Part shown: piece after piece, positions 12,146 through 19,983 of the stretch | Numbering within the stretch: position 1 is the first letter of the stretch | Layout of the letters: every line of letters starts with the position of its first letter | IMG/VR virus record: IMGVR_UViG_3300045988_108579 | Coordinates: 1-39,673 of that record | DNA length: 39,673 nt | From: a virus | Reading direction: 5' to 3' (one strand) | Notes under the pieces: model-generated | The model's database searches: none | Seen by the model: the letters and a program-made list of their open reading frames with translations, nothing else | What the model was told of the DNA's origin: nothing | Translations under genes and position numbers: made by a program

Positions 12146-12979
12146 ATGGAGTACAAGATCATTTCGGGACCGGTGACGGAGATCCGCCGCGGCTGGATGC
12201 CGACAAAGAGAGGCGGCCAGCGCGTTCGGCGGGGAACAAAGGCGAAAAAGTCGAGTATTGAAAAAATCAAACGCAACGAGACGGACGCCATAAAGAAACT
12301 CACCCGAGTGCTCAACTGCAATTTCCGGATGGGGGATCTGTGGCTCACCCTTACTTTTCCGGGGAAGGAAGAAATAAACTGGGAGACCGCTCAAACGGCG
12401 TTCGACCGGTTCCTCCGAAAGCTCCGCGAGTCGTATCGGAAGGAACAAAGGGCGAACATCAAGTTCGTTTACTCCCAAGGCCGGAAAGATGAGGACGGAA
12501 ACGATGCCCGGCCACATTTTCATCTCGTCATGCCGGCGGCGGACTATGAGCTCGTCTGCGCTCTCTGGCCACAGGAGGCGGTGACGTACCGCCGTCTTGA
12601 CGGACGGAAGGATCATGTCAAGATTGCAGAGTATATGATACGAAACGCCAAGGGCGTACCGGGGAAAAAGAAATACCACACGAGCCGCGGGTTAGAAAAG
12701 CCTGTCTATACGGAACCGGTGCCAGTGTACATCAACAGCAAGATCGAACTCCCGAAAGACGCGATCATCTGTGAGCAGCATAAAACACGGGATTACGAAA
12801 GCGGGTTTACCTCGGAGTATGTCCGCTATATTCGACCGGAGAAGGAAAGAAAAGGCAACGGCGCGCGCGTCTCTGCGCGTTCTGTTAAAACAAATGTCAA
12901 CCGGGGCGACAATCCCTCCGGCGGCGATGCCGCCACCTCCCTTTGCACAAGGGAGGCTAAAAAGGAGGCGGGGAATTGA
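12146..12979 (+). CDS. HUH-superfamily rolling-circle Rep-like endonuclease.
   Basis: Motif I DLWLTLTF. Motif II (HUH) RPHFHLVM, with HFH at 12515..12523. Motif III Tyr region IAEYMIRNAKG. The start is ATG 12146, or GTG 12134. The last roughly 20 codons are encoded by repeat module A4. Confidence 0.65.
   Translation: MEYKIISGPVTEIRRGWMPTKRGGQRVRRGTKAKKSSIEKIKRNETDAIKKLTRVLNCNFRMGDLWLTLTFPGKEEINWETAQTAFDRFLRKLRESYRKEQRANIKFVYSQGRKDEDGNDARPHFHLVMPAADYELVCALWPQEAVTYRRLDGRKDHVKIAEYMIRNAKGVPGKKKYHTSRGLEKPVYTEPVPVYINSKIELPKDAIICEQHKTRDYESGFTSEYVRYIRPEKERKGNGARVSARSVKTNVNRGDNPSGGDAATSLCTREAKKEAGN
12908..12958 (+). repeat. Double-hairpin repeat module A4, inside the 3' end of the HUH gene.
   Basis: GACAATCCCTCC, then GGCGGC-gat-GCCGCC, then ACCTCCCTT-TGCACA-AAGGGAGGCT. 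Nearly identical to A1. Confidence 0.85.
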
Positions 12980-13251
12980 AGTTCCGGCCGATGAAGGGCT
13001 GCGGGGCGGTCTGGCAGCAGCGAATTGTTCACGCCTTTTTGGAGGCGTACCGGAATCTGCCGCCGCCGGCGCAGGACGAGATCCGGAAAACGATAGAGAG
13101 TACAGCGACAGGGCAGGCCGAGGGGCGTGCCCTCATCGCCGTGCTGTTGAAAAACAAATCGCCGGAGACGGCGAGCCGCGAGACGAGCGTGCCGGTGGGC
13201 CGAATCTACGAATTGAGACGGAATTTCTACGCGGCGTACTGGCCGATGTGA
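12976..13251 (+). CDS. Small HTH protein upstream of terS. Candidate late or packaging regulator.
   Basis: TTG start 7 nt after AGGAGG (TTGA overlap). ATG 12991 is an alternative. The C-terminus ETASRETSVPVGRIYELRRNFY looks like a sigma region-4-type HTH. Confidence 0.35.
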   Translation: MKFRPMKGCGAVWQQRIVHAFLEAYRNLPPPAQDEIRKTIESTATGQAEGRALIAVLLKNKSPETASRETSVPVGRIYELRRNFYAAYWPM

Positions 13252-13263
13252 GGAGGGAGAAGC

Positions 13264-13707
13264 ATGGCAAGAGACATCACACCGCGGCAGAAGAAGTTCG
13301 TGCAGGAGTATTTGCGCTCCGGCGACGCCACGGACGCCGCCATCGCCGCGGGGTACAGCGCGAAGAGCGCGGCCTCGACGGCCTCGAAGACGCTCAAAAT
13401 GCCGGGCGTCATTGAATACCGGCGGGAGCTGGAGAAGAAGCTCTTTGACGAGATGGGCATATCGAAGGCGTGGATCGGGCGGCGGCTGGTGGAGATCGTG
13501 GAGCGGTGCACACAGAAGACGCCGGTGCTGGAGTGGAACCCGGAGACGCGGCAGAAGGAGCCGAACGGATTCTGGGAATTTGACGCGAACGGCGCGATCC
13601 GCGCGCTGCATGAACTTGCCGAGCACATGGACTTTGCCGAGGGTGAGCAGAGCGCCGCCGAGAGCATTGAGGACTGGCTCGCAAGGCAGGAGGGATCGAA
13701 GTTGTGA
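13264..13707 (+). CDS. terS: Terminase small subunit.
   Basis: MARDITPRQKKFVQEYLRSGDATDAAIAAGYSAKSAASTASKTLKMPGVIEYRRE is the classic Terminase_2-type N-terminal HTH. It lies directly upstream of terL. Confidence 0.85.
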   Translation: MARDITPRQKKFVQEYLRSGDATDAAIAAGYSAKSAASTASKTLKMPGVIEYRRELEKKLFDEMGISKAWIGRRLVEIVERCTQKTPVLEWNPETRQKEPNGFWEFDANGAIRALHELAEHMDFAEGEQSAAESIEDWLARQEGSKL

Positions 13708-15332
13708 ATCCGTGCGTAGCAATGGACTACATCGAGAGCTGCCTCAAGATCAAGACGAAGAGCGGGACGGTCGTGCCGTTCCGGATGAACGACGCGCAGC
13801 GAAAGCTCTACGCCGTGGCGAAGCGGCAGCAGGACGACGGAAAGCCCGTCCGGCTCATCATTCTCAAGGCCCGGCAGCTCGGCTTTTCCACGCTGACGGA
13901 GGGCCTTATCTTCCACGCCTGCGCGACGCGACGGAACACGAACGCCCTCATTGTTGCGCACCGCGAGGACGCGACGGCAAACCTTTTCCGGATGAGCAAG
14001 CTGTTCTATGACGAGCTGCCAGCGCCGGTGAAGCCGATGCTGCGCGCCTCGAACGCGCAGGAGCTGGTATTCGAGAACCCGTCCAAGCTCCGCAGCGAGC
14101 GGGAGGCAAGGCCGGGGCTGCGCTCGCGGATCCGCTGCGCCACGGCGGGAGGGCGCGGCATCGGACGAAGCGACACGCTGCAATGCGTGCATCTCTCGGA
14201 GTACGCCTTCTGGCCGGACGGCGCGGACGGGAAAGCCTCCACGCTCGCCGGTATCTTACAGGCCGTGCCGAGTCTGCCGGGGACGATGGTCGTCATCGAG
14301 AGCACGGCGAACGGCTTTGAGGACTTCAAGGAGCGCTGGGACGCCGCCGTTGCCGGGGAGAACGACTTTGAGCCGGTGTTCTTCGCGTGGTTTGAAAATC
14401 CGGACTACTCGATGCCGGTCGTGCCCGGAACGGAATGGACGCCGGAGGAGCGGGATCTCAAGGCAGCGTATCAGCTGACGGACGGGCAGCTCCAATGGCG
14501 GCGCTGGTGCATTGCGAACAACTGCGGCGGGAGCCTGGACATGTTCCGGCAGGAGTATCCCGCCTCTCCCGGCGAGGCGTTTCTCCACAGCGGCACGGGC
14601 GTATTCGACAACGAGCAGATCGTGCTCCGGCTGGAGCGGCTGCCCGGACCCGCCGGGCGCGGGGAGTTTACAAACGGCGAGTGGACGGAGAGCGAGACCG
14701 GCGCGATCACGCTCTACGAGCTGCCGGAGGAGGGCGTTCCGTATGTGCTCGGCGGCGACACGGCGGGCGAGGGCTCGGACTACTTCACGGCCATCGTCAT
14801 CGACAACGTGACGGGGAGGATCGCTGCCAAGCTCCGGCAGAAATACAGCGAGCCGGAATACGTCCGGCAGATCTATGCACTCGGGAGGTTCTACAACGAT
14901 GCGCTTGTCGCCATAGAGACGAACTTCTCCACCTACCCGGTGATGAAGCTGCAGGAGATGGAGTATCCGAATCAGTACAGCCGCGAGCGGGAGGACACCT
15001 ACACGCGGCAGATGAGGAAGAGCTACGGCTTCCGCACCGACCGGCAGAGCCGCCCGCGGGCCATTGCGAATCTGGTGGAGGTGTTCTCCTCGCATCCGGA
15101 GTGGTTCACCGACCGGGAGCTGCTCGAAGAAATGCTGACGTTCTGCTACAACGAGGATCACCGGCCGGAGGCGCTCGCCGGGAAGCACGACGACCTTGTG
15201 ATGGGCGCGGCGATTACCTACGCGGTGCGGCATCAGCAGCGGATGACGGTGCTCACGGAGCCGGAAAAGCCGCGGGAGAAGCTCATCGACCAGATGAAGC
15301 GGCAGAAGAGAACCAGGAGAGTATGGGGATAA
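13704..15332 (+). CDS. terL: Terminase large subunit.
   Basis: 542 aa. It has an ATPase-like segment (RLIILKARQLGFSTL), DE-type motifs and a C-terminal nuclease-like part (HDDLVMGAAITY). GTGA overlap with terS. ATG 13722 is an alternative start. Confidence 0.85.
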   Translation: MNPCVAMDYIESCLKIKTKSGTVVPFRMNDAQRKLYAVAKRQQDDGKPVRLIILKARQLGFSTLTEGLIFHACATRRNTNALIVAHREDATANLFRMSKLFYDELPAPVKPMLRASNAQELVFENPSKLRSEREARPGLRSRIRCATAGGRGIGRSDTLQCVHLSEYAFWPDGADGKASTLAGILQAVPSLPGTMVVIESTANGFEDFKERWDAAVAGENDFEPVFFAWFENPDYSMPVVPGTEWTPEERDLKAAYQLTDGQLQWRRWCIANNCGGSLDMFRQEYPASPGEAFLHSGTGVFDNEQIVLRLERLPGPAGRGEFTNGEWTESETGAITLYELPEEGVPYVLGGDTAGEGSDYFTAIVIDNVTGRIAAKLRQKYSEPEYVRQIYALGRFYNDALVAIETNFSTYPVMKLQEMEYPNQYSREREDTYTRQMRKSYGFRTDRQSRPRAIANLVEVFSSHPEWFTDRELLEEMLTFCYNEDHRPEALAGKHDDLVMGAAITYAVRHQQRMTVLTEPEKPREKLIDQMKRQKRTRRVWG

Positions 15333-15335
15333 ACG

Positions 15336-15369
15336 AAAACAGGACAGGGGGAAAGCCTGTCCTGTTTTT
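15336..15369 (+). terminator. Rho-independent terminator after terL.
   Basis: 13-bp stem AAAACAGGACAGG/CCTGTCCTGTTTT, followed by TTTTTG. Confidence 0.8.
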
Positions 15370-15380
15370 GCGTTTGGGTA

Positions 15381-15424
15381 TTGACAATGTACCCCACATT
15401 TGATATATTAAACGTGGGGTACAT
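15381..15424 (+). promoter_or_regulatory. Consensus promoter embraced by an 11-bp perfect inverted repeat.
   Basis: TTGACA (15381..15386), 17 nt, TATATT (15404..15409). The inverted repeat is ATGTACCCCAC (15387..15397) and GTGGGGTACAT (15414..15424). Confidence 0.7.
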
Positions 15425-15440
15425 AAATAGGAGGTGACAC

Positions 15441-15629
15441 ATGGGAAACCCTAACGCGAAAGGCCGCCCGACCCCTCTGAATCCGAAAGATAAGTTCTTC
15501 AAAATGCGTACCGACGAGAAAATGCTTTTGCTTTTGGAGGAAAATAGCCGCATGACCGGCAACACAAAAGCCGACGAGGTGCGAATCGCTATTGAAGAGC
15601 GGAACAAGCGGCTGAAAGAAGCAAAATAA
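15441..15629 (+). CDS. Small ribbon-helix-helix-like (CopG/MobC-type) protein.
   Basis: RBS GGAGGTG. KGRPTPLNPKDKFFKMRTDEKMLLLLEENSRMTGNTKADEVRIAIEE follows the beta-strand then two-helix RHH pattern. The region is lower in GC. Confidence 0.5.
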   Translation: MGNPNAKGRPTPLNPKDKFFKMRTDEKMLLLLEENSRMTGNTKADEVRIAIEERNKRLKEAK

Positions 15630-15760
15630 AAATTCCCTGCGCTGCTCAGTTTGGCGACAGACAGCACAGGGAACCCGTTACCGACCTTTTGCAAGGAGGG
15701 TGTAAATATATTACTATGCCCTCTTTCAAAGGTCAAGGACAATTTGAAGGAGGTTTTTCT

Positions 15761-16015
15761 ATGCCCAAAAGCACAAACCCGGTAAAAGTCATCCGCGAGA
15801 AATGCCTTGACTGCTGCTGCGGCAGCACGAAGCAGGTTGAGCTTTGCCCCTGCGAGAGCAACTGCCCGCTGTGGCCGTTCCGTTTCGGGAAGAATCCCTT
15901 TAGGAAAAAGCCCAAACGGACGGAAGAGCAGATGGCGCGGCTCACGGCTGCAACAAGAAAGAAACGCGGCGCTATAAACGAGACGGAGACGAACGAAACG
16001 GACGGGGTAAGGTAA
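15761..16015 (+). CDS. Cys-rich small protein (zinc-binding?).
   Basis: ATG 15761 follows GAAGGAGG. MPKSTNPVKVIREKCLDCCCGSTKQVELCPCESNCPLWPFRFGKNPF, then a basic tail. Confidence 0.55.
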   Translation: MPKSTNPVKVIREKCLDCCCGSTKQVELCPCESNCPLWPFRFGKNPFRKKPKRTEEQMARLTAATRKKRGAINETETNETDGVR

Positions 16016-16132
16016 GTATACTCCCCAACAACGCGAAATCAAAAAATCCTCGCTGCGATAGAGAAAAAATACGAAAAACGCGAAACGGGAGGCGGTGATG
16101 CGTTCCGTTTCGCGGAAGAAAGGAACAAGGGC

Positions 16133-16240
16133 ATGAATAACGATAGAGAAACGAAGATCGAGGAGATCGTGCGGATGCTGCGAAACATGGATATACGGGC
16201 GCTGCGGCGGGGGTATTTCTTCCTGCTGGGGGTGATCTGA
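16133..16240 (+). CDS. Mini-protein, 35 aa. Paralog 2 of the IEEIVRML family.
   Basis: MNNDRETKIEEIVRMLRNMDIRALRRGYFFLLGVI. AAAGGAA RBS. It shares a 32-nt identical block with paralog 1. Confidence 0.55.
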   Translation: MNNDRETKIEEIVRMLRNMDIRALRRGYFFLLGVI

Positions 16241-16258
16241 CGGAAAGGAGACAGGGAC

Positions 16259-16411
16259 ATGAAAAGCAATACGGCAAACGCCGAGCGGGAAAAGACCATC
16301 GAGGAGATCGTGCGGATGCTGGCCAACACGGACGAGGAGGCTCTGCGGTTTATCCGGAGCTTTCTGCGGGCAGCACGGGAGCAGCACAAACGTGATAATA
16401 AATGCGGGTAA
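16259..16411 (+). CDS. Mini-protein, 50 aa. Paralog 3 of the IEEIVRML family.
   Basis: AAAGGAG RBS. MKSNTANAEREKTIEEIVRMLANTDEEALRFIRSFLRAAREQHKRDNKCG. The 24-nt core 16298..16321 is identical to 855..878 and 16157..16180. Confidence 0.55.
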   Translation: MKSNTANAEREKTIEEIVRMLANTDEEALRFIRSFLRAAREQHKRDNKCG

Positions 16412-16431
16412 TATTTCACAGAAATTTTTTG

Positions 16432-16466
16432 ACCGGAGCGGGAAACCGCTCCGGTTTTGCTTTTTT
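16432..16466 (+). terminator. Rho-independent terminator closing the moron unit.
   Basis: 10-bp stem ACCGGAGCGG-gaaa-CCGCTCCGGT, followed by TTTGCTTTTTT. Confidence 0.8.
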
Positions 16467-16620
16467 CAAAGCTGAAACCGCCTGTCGTATCAACGGGTTT
16501 GACGATTCGTGAAAAGTTCACAAAAAAGTCGCCGAGCACGGACAGATATTTCGGGTTAGCCTTTAATCAGCAAGAAAAATACATCGCGGCGACGGCAGCA
16601 CAGTCGCAGAAAGGACCCAC

Positions 16621-17412
16621 ATGGACGAGAACATGGAAGCCGTAACTCCGGAGGAGGGCTCGGAGGGCGGCGTCGTAACCGCAGAGACCGGCGCTGAAGC
16701 GGAAGAGACCGCAGGCGAAAAGAAGCAGGAGGCCGCCGAACCTGCCAGACAGAGCCGGGAAGAGAACGCCAGATACCAGGCGGCGCGCAAGGCCGGAGAA
16801 TCCGCCGGATTTCGACGGGCCGAGGAGCGCTACCAGAGCGCGCTTGCCAAGCTTGGCTTAAGCGATCCGGACGGCGGCGGGGCGATCGACTCGCTGGACG
16901 TGCTGGAGAGCTACGCCGACAAGGCGCGCGCGGCGCGGCTCAAGAAGGCCGCGGCGGAGAGCGGGCGCACCGTGCAGGATCTGGAGGAGGAAGAGGACGC
17001 AAAAGAGGTCGTCCGCAAACAGAAGCGCGAGCGGGCCGAGCGGGAGAAAGCAGACGCCGAGGCAGAGCGGCAGAAGGACTGGATCGCCCAGGACGCCGCG
17101 GCATTCGTCCGGGAGCACCCGGACGTGGATATTTCCAAGCTCGACGGAAACGCGAAGTTCCGCAGGTTCTGCGGCAGCCGGTACGGGAAGGAGCCGCTGA
17201 GCGAGCTCTATGCCGACTGGCAGGAGCTTGTGGGAGAGGAAGCCGCCGCGAAGGCGGTGGAGAAGGCCGCAAAGAAAGCCGAACGCTCCACGGGAGCGGG
17301 CGGAGGCGGCGTATCTGCCGGGCTGACGGCCGCCCAGCAGAGGGAGCTTGACGAATGGAACCGCGAGTTCCCGCACCTGAAAATGACCGCCAAAGACTTT
17401 TTGGAACGCTGA
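16621..17412 (+). CDS. Capsid scaffolding protein.
   Basis: 263 aa, highly charged Ala/Glu/Lys-rich coiled coil. It lies immediately upstream of the head genes. The segment KFRRFCGSRYGKEPLSELYADW is typical of Firmicutes phage scaffolds. Confidence 0.7.
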   Translation: MDENMEAVTPEEGSEGGVVTAETGAEAEETAGEKKQEAAEPARQSREENARYQAARKAGESAGFRRAEERYQSALAKLGLSDPDGGGAIDSLDVLESYADKARAARLKKAAAESGRTVQDLEEEEDAKEVVRKQKRERAEREKADAEAERQKDWIAQDAAAFVREHPDVDISKLDGNAKFRRFCGSRYGKEPLSELYADWQELVGEEAAAKAVEKAAKKAERSTGAGGGGVSAGLTAAQQRELDEWNREFPHLKMTAKDFLER

Positions 17413-17425
17413 AAGGAGAAGAATC

Positions 17426-18097
17426 ATGCATCCTGTACAGAATGCGGACGGCGGCAGCGTACTGCAGACCGCCCGCAACTATCCCATCGACGCGGCGACC
17501 GTGATCGACGCGGGCGCCGTGGTGAAGCTCTCCGGCGGCAAGGTCGTTCTGGCCGCCGCTGCGGAGACTGGAGGTATCCTCGGCATTGCCGCGGAGTTTC
17601 ACTCCGGCACGGAGGACGCGCTCAATCTGCGCGCGAACGGCAAGTGGATCCTCGTATGCGACAACCCGACGCTCATCTTTGAGTGCGCCGCGCCGACGAT
17701 CAAGGCCGCCTCCGGAAGCGCCACGACCATCGTGCCGGAGACCGGCGACGTGGACGCGGCCGCCGCGGACGACGCTTTCAACAACGCGGTCCTTGTGCTC
17801 AAAAGCAAGGCTGCGTCCAGCACGAACACCGACGCTGTCGGCACGCAGATCGTCGTTACCGATTATGCCAAGACCGGCACGGTGATGACCAAGGCCAGCG
17901 GCGGCGCGCCGAGCGCGGGCGACGTGTACGAGGTCTATCCCGTGATCGGCGCTGCCATCGGCGGCGTTGCGAGTCTCGGCGACAAGCGCCTCGGCATCAC
18001 GCTCAAGACCGTGGGCGCGACGAAGCTGCGCTGCATCGGCCACGACTACGAGCGCGGCACCATTAAGCTCATGGCGATCGGCCATGCGCTGACCTGA
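17426..18097 (+). CDS. Head-associated beta-rich protein. Decoration or cement-like (DUF2190-like) candidate.
   Basis: Strong RBS. 223 aa, rich in Ala/Gly/Val/Thr. IDAGAVVKLSGGKVVLAAAAETGGILGIAAE resembles DUF2190 proteins. It lies between scaffold and major capsid. Confidence 0.4.
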   Translation: MHPVQNADGGSVLQTARNYPIDAATVIDAGAVVKLSGGKVVLAAAAETGGILGIAAEFHSGTEDALNLRANGKWILVCDNPTLIFECAAPTIKAASGSATTIVPETGDVDAAAADDAFNNAVLVLKSKAASSTNTDAVGTQIVVTDYAKTGTVMTKASGGAPSAGDVYEVYPVIGAAIGGVASLGDKRLGITLKTVGATKLRCIGHDYERGTIKLMAIGHALT

Positions 18098-18113
18098 GAA
18101 GGAGGAAAAGGAA

Positions 18114-19073
18114 ATGCCAGCTAATATTGGAAAATGGACGACCGACAACTACAAGTTTGTCGGCAAGGCGTTCGACTTTTCGTATGCCGACCGCCTCAAT
18201 AAGCTCTCGCCCGTCGTGGGCGAGGTGAACGCCAAGAGCATCGACTACGAGCTGACCGGCTCCGGCGGCTACGGCGAAGCGCCGCTTTACGACGGAAACA
18301 ACCTGAACACCGGCTCGCTGCGCCGCGGCTTCAAGACCATCATCACGCCGGAGGAATTCTCACTCTCCATCCCCGTCGGCTACAAGGAAGCGAAGATCGA
18401 CAAGATGGGCGAGACGAAGAAGGTCGGCTCGAAGCTCGGTGACAGCATGGCGCTCACGGTGTATCTGCATGTGCTGCGCATGTTCGCTAATGCCTGGAAC
18501 ACCGACGGCCGCCACAACGGCGGCGACGGCGTGAGCTGGGCCAACGCCGCGCACCCTGTCGCCTCCCGCGGCTCGAAGGGCCGCCGCTTTGAAGCGGACA
18601 GCGAGAGCGGGACCTACTCGAACATCACAACGGACGCGTTCTCCGTTGCGGCCATCACCGCGGCGCAGGCGCGCGCCAACCGCTTCGTGACGCCGGACGG
18701 TCTGCCGTTCCTGTGCGACTTCGACACCGTTCTCATCTCCCCCGAGCTGGAGGAGAAGGCGAAGAAGATGTTCGGCGAGAACTCCCGCCTGATGCCGATG
18801 CAGAATCCGGACGACGAAACAAACGCTGCGAACCCCATCTACGGCATGCGCTACATCGTCATGGGCGGCGGCGCGGACGGCTTCACGAGCAAGCAGTGGG
18901 CGGTGTGCGACCGCCGGCTGATGAAGGAGCTCGTGAACATCGTCTACAACACGCGCCCGACGGTGCTGCAGTCCCCGCAGGACAACCCGCTGATCGATCT
19001 TTACACCGCGTATGCCGACTTCGGCGTGGGCTGGGGCGACGCAAGACAGATCATCTTCGGCGATCCGGGCTAA
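18114..19073 (+). CDS. Major capsid protein (HK97-fold type).
   Basis: 319 aa with a strong RBS. Position after the scaffold and overall composition are typical of Mu gpT-like or HK97-like capsid proteins. Confidence 0.8.
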   Translation: MPANIGKWTTDNYKFVGKAFDFSYADRLNKLSPVVGEVNAKSIDYELTGSGGYGEAPLYDGNNLNTGSLRRGFKTIITPEEFSLSIPVGYKEAKIDKMGETKKVGSKLGDSMALTVYLHVLRMFANAWNTDGRHNGGDGVSWANAAHPVASRGSKGRRFEADSESGTYSNITTDAFSVAAITAAQARANRFVTPDGLPFLCDFDTVLISPELEEKAKKMFGENSRLMPMQNPDDETNAANPIYGMRYIVMGGGADGFTSKQWAVCDRRLMKELVNIVYNTRPTVLQSPQDNPLIDLYTAYADFGVGWGDARQIIFGDPG

Positions 19074-19105
19074 TGCCGTAAAGCAAACCCTCGACGGGCT
19101 TTGAA

Positions 19106-19151
19106 AACCCCTCCGTCAGCCTCCGGCTGACACCTCCCCTGTTAGGGGAGG
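19106..19151 (+). repeat. Double-hairpin repeat module B5.
   Basis: AACCCCTCC, then GTCAGCC-tcc-GGCTGAC, then ACCTCCCC-TGTTA-GGGGAGG. Near-identical to B1. Confidence 0.85.
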
Positions 19152-19193
19152 CGAGGGGGGAGCGGGAGCGTGTGAGGGAGAAAGGAAACGAAT

Positions 19194-19457
19194 ATGATGA
19201 AGATTGACCGCGTGCTCGCCGTTTCGGCGGGCACGAAAGAGACGAAGGTGGACTGCCACTGTCAGACCGTCGTTGTATCCAACAACAGCGCGAATGTAGC
19301 TTACATCGCGCCGTATGACCCGAACAAGGCGCTGACAGCCGCGGCGGGCTTCCCCATTCCGGCCAACACGGTGCTTCAGGTGCCGTTCGCCGCCGGAGAG
19401 CTGGCGGTCGTTGCGTCGGCGGCATCCACGGACGTGCGCTTCCTGCTGCTGGACTGA
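19194..19457 (+). CDS. Hypothetical small protein.
   Basis: 87 aa, GAAAGGAAA RBS, beta-rich composition. No motif recognised. Confidence 0.55.
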   Translation: MMKIDRVLAVSAGTKETKVDCHCQTVVVSNNSANVAYIAPYDPNKALTAAAGFPIPANTVLQVPFAAGELAVVASAASTDVRFLLLD

Positions 19458-19471
19458 AAGGAGAAAACGAT

Positions 19472-19930
19472 ATGGACAACTTCTGGAAGGCCATTGTGAC
19501 CGCGGCAGCCGCGGCGCTGATGGCGTACTTCAAGCAGCTTGTTGTTCCGGTGGCGGTGCTCATCGCGGTGATGATCTGCGATTACGTTACGGGGATGACG
19601 GCGGCGTGGATGAACAAGGAGCTTTCGAGCCGCAAGGGCATTCAGGGCGTGATCAAGAAGGTTTTCTACCTGATGATCGTTGCCGTGGGTATGGGGGTTG
19701 ACTACCTCATCACGATGCTCGGCGGCAAGCTCGGCGTCCAGCTCGATGTGAATTTCGTTGTGGGTCTGCTGGTGATCGTGTGGCTTATTATTAACGAACT
19801 CATCTCCATTCTGGAGAACAGCGGGAAGATCGGCGTACCTATGCCGGACTTCCTCATGAAGCTGCTGGACCGTCTGAAGCAGACCACCGAGAAAAAGGCG
19901 GAGGTCGAGGAAGCTCCGCCGGATAACTGA
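19472..19930 (+). CDS. Holin (Phage_holin_4_1 / TcdE-like family).
   Basis: About 4 TM segments. ICDYVTGMTAAWMNKELSSRKGIQGVIKKV...INELISILENSGKIGVPMPDFL matches the conserved E(S/L)xSIxENxxxxGxPxP signature of this holin family. Confidence 0.8.
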   Translation: MDNFWKAIVTAAAAALMAYFKQLVVPVAVLIAVMICDYVTGMTAAWMNKELSSRKGIQGVIKKVFYLMIVAVGMGVDYLITMLGGKLGVQLDVNFVVGLLVIVWLIINELISILENSGKIGVPMPDFLMKLLDRLKQTTEKKAEVEEAPPDN

Positions 19931-19941
19931 TTATGTGAGGG

Positions 19942-19970
19942 AAACAGGGCGGGGTGACTCGCCCTGTTTT
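19942..19970 (+). terminator. Rho-independent terminator after the holin.
   Basis: Stem AAACAGGGCG/CGCCCTGTTT with an 8-nt loop, then a T-run. Confidence 0.65.
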
Positions 19971-19983
19971 CGGTAAAAAAAAC

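Noticed and set aside
15630-15700. Imperfect hairpin TTCCCTGCGCTG...CAGCACAGGGAA after the RHH gene, as a terminator.
   Set aside because: It has a 17-nt loop, one mismatch and no T-run. It is more likely an intercistronic structure, so it was not called.
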